From NCBI RefSeq assembly GCF_963506605.1, contig NC_083278.1, positions 56,420,001 through 56,484,000 of the forward strand: a DNA stretch of 64,000 nucleotides, in the 5' to 3' direction. This document shows positions 54,049-64,000 of this stretch, piece by piece; positions within the stretch are counted from its first letter, which is position 1, and every line of letters starts with the position of its first letter. The notes below the pieces were generated by a model that had not been told where the DNA came from, did no database searches, and saw only the letters and a list, made by a program, of their open reading frames with translations. Origin of the DNA: Zootoca vivipara. Lineage: Eukaryota. The translations under genes were made by a program, and so were the position numbers.

Positions 54049-54415
54049 GGGGGAGCCTATGGCGCTGTGGGTTAAACCACAGAGCCTAGGGCTTGCCAAT
54101 CAGAAGGTTGGCGGTTCGAGTCCCCGCGACAGGGTGAGCTCCCATTGCTCGGTCCCAGCTCCTGCCAACCTAGCAGTTCGAAAGCATGTCAAAGTGCAAG
54201 TAGATAAATAGGTACCACTCCGGCAGGAAGGTAAACGGCGTTTCCGTGCACTGCTCTGGTTCACCAGAAGCGTCGTTGTCATGCTGGCCACATGACCCGG
54301 AAAAGCTGTCTGTGGACAAATGTCAGCTCCCTCAGCCTGTAAAGCGAGATGAGTGCCGCAACCCCAGAGTCGTTCACGACTGGACTTAATTGACAGAGGT
54401 CCCTTTACCTCTACC
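54049..54415 (+). mobile_element. Sauria SINE, full length
   Basis: Head, core and tail motifs as in the other copies. Confidence 0.9.
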
Positions 54416-55201
54416 ACCACCCTGCACAGCCACCTTTTTCAGCTAAAGTAAGTTTATTGTGATCCAGCAAAGTCAATCTTCACGCTAAATATACATTATG
54501 GGATGGAACCATGTTGGGAGAAGCAGTGACCCACACCAAGCATTTGGTGTGAGTTCTTGGTGAATGAACGGTGCTGTTGGCTCTGACTGCAACAGTCATA
54601 TGTTTGGGGATGTGATTACTGAATCTAGATGTCCTTTCCACCCCAACCCCACGTTTGGTGAGATGACAGTTCCAACCATCTGTTACGCACAAGAGATCCT
54701 TATAGAGACCAGTGGGTGAGGAATGTGCTTCTGCATATGAGGATCTCTAGATCAGGGTGTGTGGTTGCTGCAGCCTGGTAAACGATTGGTAGCGTGTTAC
54801 CTTCAGAGTTCTGTAGAAATTGGTGTCAAGATACAAATTGTTTTAGTTACTCTTAATCAGATAGCTTCTCACCAAGTATTTCTATAGTCTGTATAACTCC
54901 TCTTGCCTGTTTTACTATATTGAAACACCATTTATTGTTTTACAACTGGAATTTGCAGTTCGAATAAAATTTCATGACAGCATTATGTGATTAAGAAATG
55001 ACAATGTTATGAAGAACACTGAATGGTAATTTTTGGACTTTAATTCTTGTGAAAGGGTTTGTAGATCTTGGTGGGCTAAGAGACAGGTTGCAAATATACA
55101 GATTTTTTTAAAAAAAGAAATGCTTCCTACTTTATTAATTTTCCTTATTAAAACATTTTTGTTTTGTTTTTGTATTCACATCTAGATCACAATAAAAAAT
55201 T

Positions 55202-56668
55202 ATGATAGCAACAGGAGGAGTCATAACAGGACTGGCTGCCTTAAAGCGGCAAGACTCTGCCAGATCCCAGCATCATCTAAATCTTGCGACATCAGCAGCT
55301 ACTGAAGAACAAAAGCCAGTAAAACGCCGACCCAGAGCAGACGTAGTCGTGGTCCGAGGCAAGATTCGACTTTACTCTCCATCAGGATTCTTCCTTGTTC
55401 TGGGAGTACTTATCTCATTTCTGGGGATTGCTATGGCAATCCTTGGGTATTGGCCTGAAAAGGAGCCTTTTCCAGAGTCTGAATACAGCTTGCCACTAAA
55501 TGATACCCAAGTCATAGAAAAAGAAGATGGAGTTATAATTCGTTTCTTTGAACAGCACTTGCATTCTGATAAGATGAAAATGTTGGGGCCTTTCACAATG
55601 GGGATTGGAATATTTATATTTATTTGTGCAAATGCTATGCTCCATGAAAACCGTGACAAGGAGACAAAAATCATACACATGAGAGACATCTATTCCACTG
55701 TCATTGACATACATACTCTGAGGATCAGCGAACAGAAGCAGCTAACTGCGGCCTACACAGGCTTAGCAGGGGAGAATGAAGTCAAGTACAACGGAAGTTC
55801 TTACGCATCACGGCTGGCTGCAAATACAATTGCACCCTTCTCAGGCTACGCGAGCAACTTTCGAATAGACAGCAGTGCTGAGGAGGATGAAATTGCTGCT
55901 AGTGACGGCAAAAACGCTACTCATCTTCTGCCACCTTTGCTTACTGAGCGTTCTGGTTCAGTCTTCGGCCTTTACCCTCACTCTGGAAAGCCAAAGGATG
56001 ATAGGAGTAGCAGCTCTTTAAAGTGTGAAACGAAGTCAATTGTGTCATCCTCCATCAACGCTTTCACATTACCTGTAATTAAACTAAATAACTGTGTTAT
56101 TGATGAGCCCAGTATAGACAACATCACTGAGGATTCTGTTAGCACTAGAGGCAGGCCTAGAAATTTATCTATGGACTCTCTACCCATTCCATCAACTCAT
56201 ACCAACGACATGTACAAACATTCCAGCACATTGATACCAAGAAACAGTTTATATGGAGACTCTTCATCCAAATCTTCTATGAATCTTGGGCCCAGTACAG
56301 GAAAGTTTCTGTCACCTGGTGCAGCCAGAAAACAGTTTGGGTCCAACACCTCTTTGCATCTTTTGTCTGTGCACTCAAAATCCCTAGACTTAGATAGGGG
56401 ACCTTCTACTCTGACTGTCCAAGTTGAACAAAGAAAACACCCAAGTTGGCCAAGACTGGACCGGAACAACAGTAAAGGTTATATGAAACTAGAAAACAAA
56501 GAAGATCCAATGGACAGGCTGCTTGTGCCATCAGCAACAGTCAAGAAGGACTTTACTAACAAAGAAAAACTTCAAATGATTTCCAGATCACATAATAATT
56601 TGAGTTTTGAACATGATGAGTTTTTGAGTAACAATCTAAAACGTGGAACTTCTGAGACAACGTTTTGA
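55202..56668 (+). CDS. TMEM200A: Transmembrane protein 200A, entire CDS in one exon (488 aa)
   Basis: Uninterrupted ORF with the TMEM200 N-terminus [22 protein letters not shown], two hydrophobic helices ([22 protein letters not shown]; [20 protein letters not shown]), HENRD motif and 200A-type C-terminus ...[16 protein letters not shown]. Polypyrimidine tract and AG acceptor at 55184-55185, 16 nt before the ATG. Confidence 0.97.
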   Translation: MIATGGVITGLAALKRQDSARSQHHLNLATSAATEEQKPVKRRPRADVVVVRGKIRLYSPSGFFLVLGVLISFLGIAMAILGYWPEKEPFPESEYSLPLNDTQVIEKEDGVIIRFFEQHLHSDKMKMLGPFTMGIGIFIFICANAMLHENRDKETKIIHMRDIYSTVIDIHTLRISEQKQLTAAYTGLAGENEVKYNGSSYASRLAANTIAPFSGYASNFRIDSSAEEDEIAASDGKNATHLLPPLLTERSGSVFGLYPHSGKPKDDRSSSSLKCETKSIVSSSINAFTLPVIKLNNCVIDEPSIDNITEDSVSTRGRPRNLSMDSLPIPSTHTNDMYKHSSTLIPRNSLYGDSSSKSSMNLGPSTGKFLSPGAARKQFGSNTSLHLLSVHSKSLDLDRGPSTLTVQVEQRKHPSWPRLDRNNSKGYMKLENKEDPMDRLLVPSATVKKDFTNKEKLQMISRSHNNLSFEHDEFLSNNLKRGTSETTF

Positions 56669-57870
56669 CGGGGGACTAAAATTAATGTGTCAGTATTTTT
56701 TTAGCAAAACAAAACATTTTGACACGTGATTCTTTTTTTGTGTGTGTTTGGTTTTCCAGTGAAACTGCCACAAGCCTGTTTTTACCAAATGTTTCTATCC
56801 GATTAAAATGGCCTTGTGTTAGCAAAGGTGTTATTTTTCACCTCTGCAGTGCCAAGTGTTTAATGTCAAGCAGCTTGTTCATCAAAACACTGCACTGGCA
56901 TAGTGACGATTGGATGGTGTTCGTGCTTGGATGGTAATTGGATGGTGGTTTGATAATTGATATCTTCTTAATTTACAATTGCAATACTGTATATTATCAC
57001 TGCTCAACATATCTCAGATCCCTTTCCTCCCAGTCATTACTCTTTTTGTTTCTATGTAAGCATGCTATCTTTCATTACTGTGAGTCAACAATACAAGCTG
57101 ACTGAATAAGCTTCGATGTTCAGAGCCATCAATGATGGCAACATGTTAACAATGGTGCTTTTAACTGGAGATGGAGATGGATGGAAGGTTTGCTGTGGTG
57201 GAGCCAAATTTAGCCCATCAGTATATCCAGTGGAAAAATTGACTGTTTTCCTTTTAAAAGAAAGAATTCTATATCAGCAGGATTCTATTCAAAAGAATAA
57301 TAGGATTCTATTCTATATAGATTCTATTCTGTATTGAAACCTGTTTTCAAAGCTTTCAAATGAGGTGTGCCATGTGGGTATTAGTGTTTTGAGCAACATG
57401 AATGAGTCCAGGTTTCCCTTGGGCACATGAAACTAGTTCATGGTTTTTCTTGGAATCCAAAGCGTAAAGTAGATAATGAGTATGATCCGCAAGGATATTT
57501 CTACCATGCAATAAACACATAGCATTTTATCTGTGTAGTAACTGCTCATCCCCACTCCAAGCAGGGAATGCACAAGAAATTCTCTTACATATGGTAGTAA
57601 TAATGCATTGTCAAATATTAGTAAAAAACAAACAAAAAAACCTGCTACCACAGTGATTAGGATTTGGGAGAAAGACTATGGAGATTGAAAACCATTTTTG
57701 TGAACTTGCTATAATCAACTGAATACCAATGTTGTTTGTAGTTCTGTTATGATGACAAGGGGGTGGATTAAGCTAGAAAGATGAGATGGTTTCTGATCTA
57801 GGATGCAAAGATAGCTGGTTGTTATAAATGTGGGACTTTGTGGCTAGGGGTTGAATAAGGCTCAGTGCTA

Positions 57871-58477
57871 GGGGGATGCGGGTAGCACTGTGGTCTAAAG
57901 CACTGAGCCTCTTGGGCCTGCCAATCGGAAGGTTAGCAGTTCAAATCCCCACAATAGAGTGAGCTCCCGTTGCTCTGTCCCAGCTCCTGTCAGCCTAGCA
58001 GTTTGAAAGCACACCAGTGCAAGTAGATAAATAGGTACCACTGTGGCAGGAAGGTAAATGGGGTTTCATGCATTCTGGCTTCTGTCACAGTGTTCCGTTG
58101 CACCAGAAGTGGTTTAGTCATGCTGGCCACACAACCCGGAAAGCTGTCCGTGGACAAATGCCAGCTCCCTCGGCCTCAGGGCCGTCTTAAGCGCCCCTGG
58201 CGCCGTGGTGCGGCGGATCCCTCCGGCGCCCCCCACCCTGTTTCTCAGCGCGGCGGGCGGGCACAGCTGCCGTGGGCGCAGGTGCGTGGCGGACTGGCCG
58301 GCCAGCGGGTGGCCGCAGCTCGCGGCGCCCCCCCCCTGGTGGGCCGGCGCCGTGGTGCCCTGCGCCACCCAGCCTGGCCAAAGGGCCGGCCCTGCTCGGC
58401 CTGAAGCGAGATGAGCGCCGCAACCCCATAGTTGCCTTTGACTGGACTTAACCGTTCAGGGGTCCTTTACCTTTACC
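57871..58477 (+). mobile_element. Sauria SINE downstream of the TMEM200A stop codon, interrupted by a hAT MITE
   Basis: TSD taaggctcagtgct (57856-57869) / taaagctcagtgct (58478-58491). Confidence 0.92.
58177..58394 (+). mobile_element. Non-autonomous hAT (Tip100-like) nested in a Sauria SINE
   Basis: Ends cagggccgtcttaag / gggccggccctg. Perfect 8-bp TSD ctcggcct (58169-58176, 58395-58402). Homologous to 1019-1175. Confidence 0.9.
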
Positions 58478-59431
58478 TAAAGCTCAGTGCTGGCCAAGGA
58501 AAAACCCACCTAGTTTGGCGTTATCACTGTTACAACATTTTTAGGTGTTTCTATAGAAGTATGAGGTATGGTATAGCTATACCTGGCACTTCAGAGATAT
58601 AAATTTCAATATGCATGTAACCTACCTGTCAAAGAGTAGGATGGCAGTGAATTCAAGTAGTTATGGCATTTAAATAAATGATGTGTGTAGAATGGTTGTT
58701 CTGTTGTACAACAAAGGTTTTTTCTGGTTATAGTGTGAACTCAAATAACAAATACTGCAATTCATTAATGATGCTGACATTAAATATGAACCTGCTTTTG
58801 ACCACAGTTTTCAAGAACTAAAACATTACTTGTTGCTGGGATACACTGCATTGTGAACTGCCGCAAAGGTGACGATACCGTTAGCAGACATTTCCCCCCC
58901 TCCAATTGGGTCACTGTTGAAGTTGAAAGTTATTGCTAAAGAAATTAGCACTGTGAATAGGTCTACCAGAAAACCTCCTTACATTGCCTTAAGGCAGATA
59001 GACCCTACTTTTGCTAACTAGTCTATTGTAATCCATTCCACCCCTTGTGGTTTGGCCAATAGGATCACAGTGTTAACTGGTCATTTTAGCAGATGTTTCA
59101 TATTTTCACTTAACCTAAATAACTCAGGAATTATTTGAATAGCTTCTCCCTAAACAATCAGAAATGTAAAAATGTTGTACTCCAGTTGACTGTGAAAGAC
59201 TTTTTCCCTATTAATGAATAGGGCTCCCCCCCCCTATTAATGTCCAACTCCATATTCTAACAATGTGGTGTTTCTGTGTCAAAAGCATTACTTGCCCAGT
59301 GAATTGAGGCATAGTGTTAACCTGTTAGAATCTCAAGCCTATATATTGTAACAGAGTTGGCTACATATTTTGCTATGAAGCTTTAAATAATTTTCTGGTC
59401 AGTGTTCTTAATATATTTGCTATTTTTTTAA

Positions 59432-59437
59432 AATAAA
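59432..59437 (+). terminator. Candidate polyadenylation signal for TMEM200A (other AATAAA at 57510 and ~58673)
   Basis: AATAAA after a U-rich run and before GT-containing sequence. The site actually used cannot be determined from sequence. Confidence 0.3.
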
Positions 59438-62400
59438 AACCAAATGTTTAACTACGTGAGTATCATAAATGTGTCATTGGGATTCATTAGTTCTGCTGTT
59501 AAAATGAAAAGGGAAGGACAAACTAATTGTTCCTTGATGTGAGTTCCTTTCCCCCTACATAACAATTAACAGTGCCGGTGCTTCTTACTGTTTTACAAAG
59601 GAGCAAAATCTTTTCTAAAGATATTTCTCATTAACAAGAACGACAGAACTATACATTCAAAACAACACAGGGCCCAAAATTAATTACTGAGTGCATGCCA
59701 ATTTCAGTCAAATAGAATTAATTGGTTGTGTGGGCCTTGAGCACTTAACCAAGATTTTTGACAATACTGCATTTAGATTGCATCCCTGGATAGCAACATC
59801 CCACATTGACTATGGCACTAGACAGGGTTTCTGCATCATTCATGAGTGTCTTGGGGAACTGTTCATTCAATTGTTTAATGTGCACCCAACACTAGCAAAA
59901 TCTGTCTAGCTCTGGAAGATTCCATTGTTTTTCAGACAAAGTTTATTTATGTGTGAAGTATTTCTATACTGCCATATAATAAAGAAGACCTAATACAGGT
60001 AGCATCTAGAAGAGGAACCCTTAGACATAGGATTTTGTGTCGCTGGAGACACGCCATCAAAACTTAGTACTACATAACATTGATGAAAATGACCAAAGTG
60101 GGGTTGGCTTTTTTACCCAGATTACTTTGTGCTCCAGCCCTGCTGAGTTTTTGAAATACTAGTAAGACTATCACAGACAAAGTGGTAATCCACAGGGAAA
60201 ATGTCAGCATACGAAAATCAGAATAAGCAGCAGCATTTCCTTAAAAGAAACCCTTTAAAAAGATACACAGCATTCCCCAAGATTCCCATTAAAAAGCCTT
60301 CCCCATTCCCAGATGCACAACTAAATGAATGCCAGCCAAGGTTTACATTTAGCATCAGTCAAGGAAGCATAAAGAAGTATTTAAATCTAGAAAAGGACTT
60401 CCTTGAATGATCCATATCTTTGCCAAGAACACTCCAGGAACTGGAGCTGAATACCATGAAAGATATGTAGCTCCAGCTCTGCTAATGTAAGAGTTTGTCT
60501 GTTTTGCATTATTCACCCTCTACTGAGAAGAGTTATGTTGGGTCTGATAGTACTGGATATGGAATGAATCCAGCCAAACTTTGCATTTCATTTGCGTGAA
60601 CAATTTCCTGCATTTTGCTAACAACAATTTTGCTACCCTAAGGGCAGTTGGGGTTGGTTCCCATGGCATCGACACTGGTAGGGCGGAATGCTAGGAGCCC
60701 CAAGAATAGAAGGAGCCCAAGCCAATGATGGGCAGATCTAATTCTAGTTTCCCCCACATCCTCCTCTCTGCCGAGTTCTACAAGGTCAACACTGAGGCTA
60801 AGCAAGAGGAAGCTAACTGGTAGTGCCACCACACCCTGGACTGGTTGTAAGAAAGAGGCAGGCCGGTGGCAACTGGGGGAGGGCAGACTGAGGTCGGTAG
60901 AGCAGTGCCCCGATTGTCCTAAAGGAGCAGACTCCACTACCTAAGGGGAAGCAAAGCCTGATCCCTCCGGCAGAGGGATCAATCACAATCAAGTTACTAT
61001 GGCTCTTGTCTTTCCTTTCTGGTTTTTTGTTTAAAGAATATTAAACCTTTTCAGGATAACACTGTGTGATGTTTGCATCACTTTTAACAACAGTGGGACA
61101 GGGAGCGGGAAAGGCCAACTACTCCAACATCCCACAAGGCTTACCACCCCCATCCCCCCACCAATGTATTAGTTCATAGAATTAAATTGACAGTCTTATG
61201 AAAAGAATCCAGTTGTATCTGTAAGGCTAATGAAGAAGATTTTAAAGACCATGAGCTTTTCTGGGGAATTATTTACCTGTGTTATCAATGGCAAGAGCAG
61301 AACTGGAGCATGCAAGTCAAAGTTGTTGTTATTTTGTATGCTGCCCTTTATCTGAACATCTCAGGGTGGTTTCACAACACAGTTATCTCTGCTAACTACT
61401 ATGAACTCACCTACACATGCCCATTCTTAAAGGTGTAGTTTGATTCCATTCATCAGAAAAATAATAATGACGCAGCTACTGTTACTTTGATCAGTATTTT
61501 ACCAATCCTTTCATTTGCCTTTGCCTGAAGAAGGGTACAAATTCACACTTCCAACATTTTGAAAATAAGCTGGTGTCTTACTAAGCATATTTTATGTCCT
61601 CTGGAACCTATATACTTACAAAGATTTTGGCCTTGGGCAAGCTTATTTCCACTATTTTTAACAGAATGCTGTTTCAGGTATTAAATTGACATATTTCTAA
61701 CCATTCAACATGACAAGGGTACATATTTCTGTCTTGGATTTTCAGTTGCCCTTCTGCAAAAGGAAGAGCTCCTTCCATTTGTGGAAAGGTCTCTGATCCA
61801 GCAGTGGTTCCCACTGGCAGAAATGGGGGGGGCAGATTTTTGCCAAATCCCCCTTCCCCCAAGTCTCCAGAACAAGGACTTCAGTGTGGAGAAGGAATCA
61901 GCGGGTTTGCCTTACAGATGCAACTGGATTCTGAATAAGAATTTTAATTTAATGAGTTGAACAAATAATATGAACCAGTATTTTGGGGTCTTGCTTCTGC
62001 CAATGGGGGGATCCTGTGAGTGGAGTTTCAAGGGATCTCAGGATCCATTTTGCAGACCTTTATTTTAGGAACCATCATGCTTTTCTGAAACTAAAGCTGA
62101 TCCATTTAGCTCTGCACTTTGCTACTGATCCAAACCATAATTATGTCCACCAACCGCAAAGGCTGCTGTCTATTTTTCCTTTAGTTCAATCAATTTAAGT
62201 TACGAATTCTTGCATCCTGAACAGTCTAACACTTTATAATTAATACTGTGCTTTAATCAATTGTGTCTTTGCCTAAAGGTCTACAGGTTACCTGTTAAAA
62301 TGTGTGCCCTTTAATAAGTTTTAAATGAGTTGCTTTTTAAATTTCATTGCACAGTCTATTAATTCTTCTAATATGAGAAATGGTGATAGAGGCAACTAAT

Positions 62401-62719
62401 TTACATAACATTAATTATGCTGCGTCTTTGACAGAACCTTCCTAATTAATTCCCCCCTTAAAAGTTATAATCTTTAGACTCTCTCTCCAATAGATAGCCT
62501 TTCTCAATTTCTATTCATTTTCTTACATGCAGCAAAGTAAAGCATGGAAATATAGGCTGTAAAATCTTAAAATCTGCCTTTTAGAATGAATTCACTGGTG
62601 TCCACCCCAAAGTCACTGAGCACATAGAGGAAAAGTGGGCTGCTCCCACTGGGTCTGCTTGATGGGTCCAAGCACTGATCTGTATGAATTCAGTAGAATG
62701 TCAAAATGGGGAGCCTACA

Positions 62720-63693
62720 TGTCAACTGATTGGTTCAAAATCGGGTAAGGAGTACAACAAGGCTGTATATTGTCTCCCTGCTTATTTAACATATGCAGAA
62801 TTTATCATGCGAAAGGCTGGAATGGATGAACCCCAAGGCAGAATTAAGATTGCCGGAAGAAATATCAACAACCTCAGATATGCAGATGACACAACTTTGA
62901 TGGCAGTAAGTGAGGAGGAATTAAAGAAAGGAGAGTGCAAAATATGGTCTGAACCTCAACATCAAAAAAACTAAGATCATGGCCACTGGTCCCATCATCT
63001 CCTGGCAAATAGAAGGGGAAGAAATGGAGGCAGAGAGATATTTTACTTTCTTGGGCTCCACCCAAGATGGTGACAGCAGTTACAAAATTAAAAGATGTCT
63101 GCTTCTTGGGAGAAAAGTGATGACAAACCTAGACAGCACCTTAAAAAGCAGAGACTTTTCTTGGGAGAAAAGTGATGACAAACCTAGACAGCACCTTAAA
63201 AAGCAGAGACCTCACCTTGCCGACAAAGGTCCGTATAGTTAAAGCTATGGTTTTCCCAGTAGTGTTGTATGGAAGTGAGAGCTGAACCACAAAGAAGGCT
63301 GATTGCCGAAGAATTGATGCTTTTGAATTATGGTGCTGGAGGAGACTCTTGAGAGTCCCATGGACTGCAAGAAGATCAAACCTATCCATTCTGAAGGAAA
63401 TCAGCCCTGAGTGCTCACTGGAAGGACAGATCGTGAAGCTGAGGCTCCAATACTTTGGCCACCTCGTGAGAAGAGAAGACTCCCTGGAAAAGACCCTGAT
63501 GTTGGGAAAGATTGAGGGCACACGGAGAAGGGGACGACAGAGGACGAGATGTTTGGACAGTGTTCTCAAAGCTACCAACATGAGTCTGACCAAACTGCGG
63601 GAGGCAGTGGAAGACAGGAGTGCCTGATGTGCTATTGTCCATGGGGTCACGAATAGTCGGACATGACTAAACGACTAAACAACAACAACAACA
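62720..63693 (+). mobile_element. Bov-B LINE, 5'-truncated, degenerate
   Basis: RT motif NNLRYADDTTLMA, frameshifts and stops, (caa)n tail, internal 53-bp duplication. Confidence 0.95.
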
Positions 63694-64000
63694 CATGTGC
63701 CCCTGTAAATGCATAGGCTCCTCCTCCTCCACATGACTGACAACACGGAGGAGCATGTGTGCATTCAGCTATAGATGTGTAGGCTCAGACTTTGTACTGG
63801 GCATGTGGTGAGTACAACAGTGTGGTCAGTAAGGGCAATGAGCAGAGCCCCACTTCTCCTACATATGCATCCAGTGAATGTCTGGAGGTTGGAGGGGGCA
63901 CCTGTGAACCGGCTCTCTAACAGGATAAGGCTAATTCCCTCGATTCTTACACTTCATTCCCCTTTCCTTTCCTTTCCTTTCCTATCCCCCCCCCTTTTGC

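Overview
Vertebrate (squamate, probably lacertid lizard) genomic DNA. Evidence for this is abundant Sauria SINEs, Bov-B LINEs and lizard-type hAT/Tc-mariner MITEs. The only convincing protein-coding feature is TMEM200A (single coding exon, 55202-56668, +). Its probable CpG-island promoter and non-coding first exon lie at ~17.2-19.3 kb, interrupted by a 450-N gap, so most of the window is TMEM200A intron or upstream sequence packed with transposon remnants. The most unusual observations are all in the mobile DNA. (1) A young, CpG-rich hAT (CAGGGCCG-ended) MITE family has inserted twice into the same ~17-bp spot of two different Sauria SINE copies. (2) A ~535-bp piece downstream of the TMEM200A stop codon (SINE plus 156 bp of non-SINE flank) has been copied in inverted orientation into the gene's own intron, bracketing the coding exon with a long inverted repeat. 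(3) A hAT MITE appears to carry a captured promoter/first-exon-like fragment. (4) SINEs with two different tRNA heads share one CR1-type tail. Family names are from recognition, not database searches, and I cannot confirm that any of this is undescribed.
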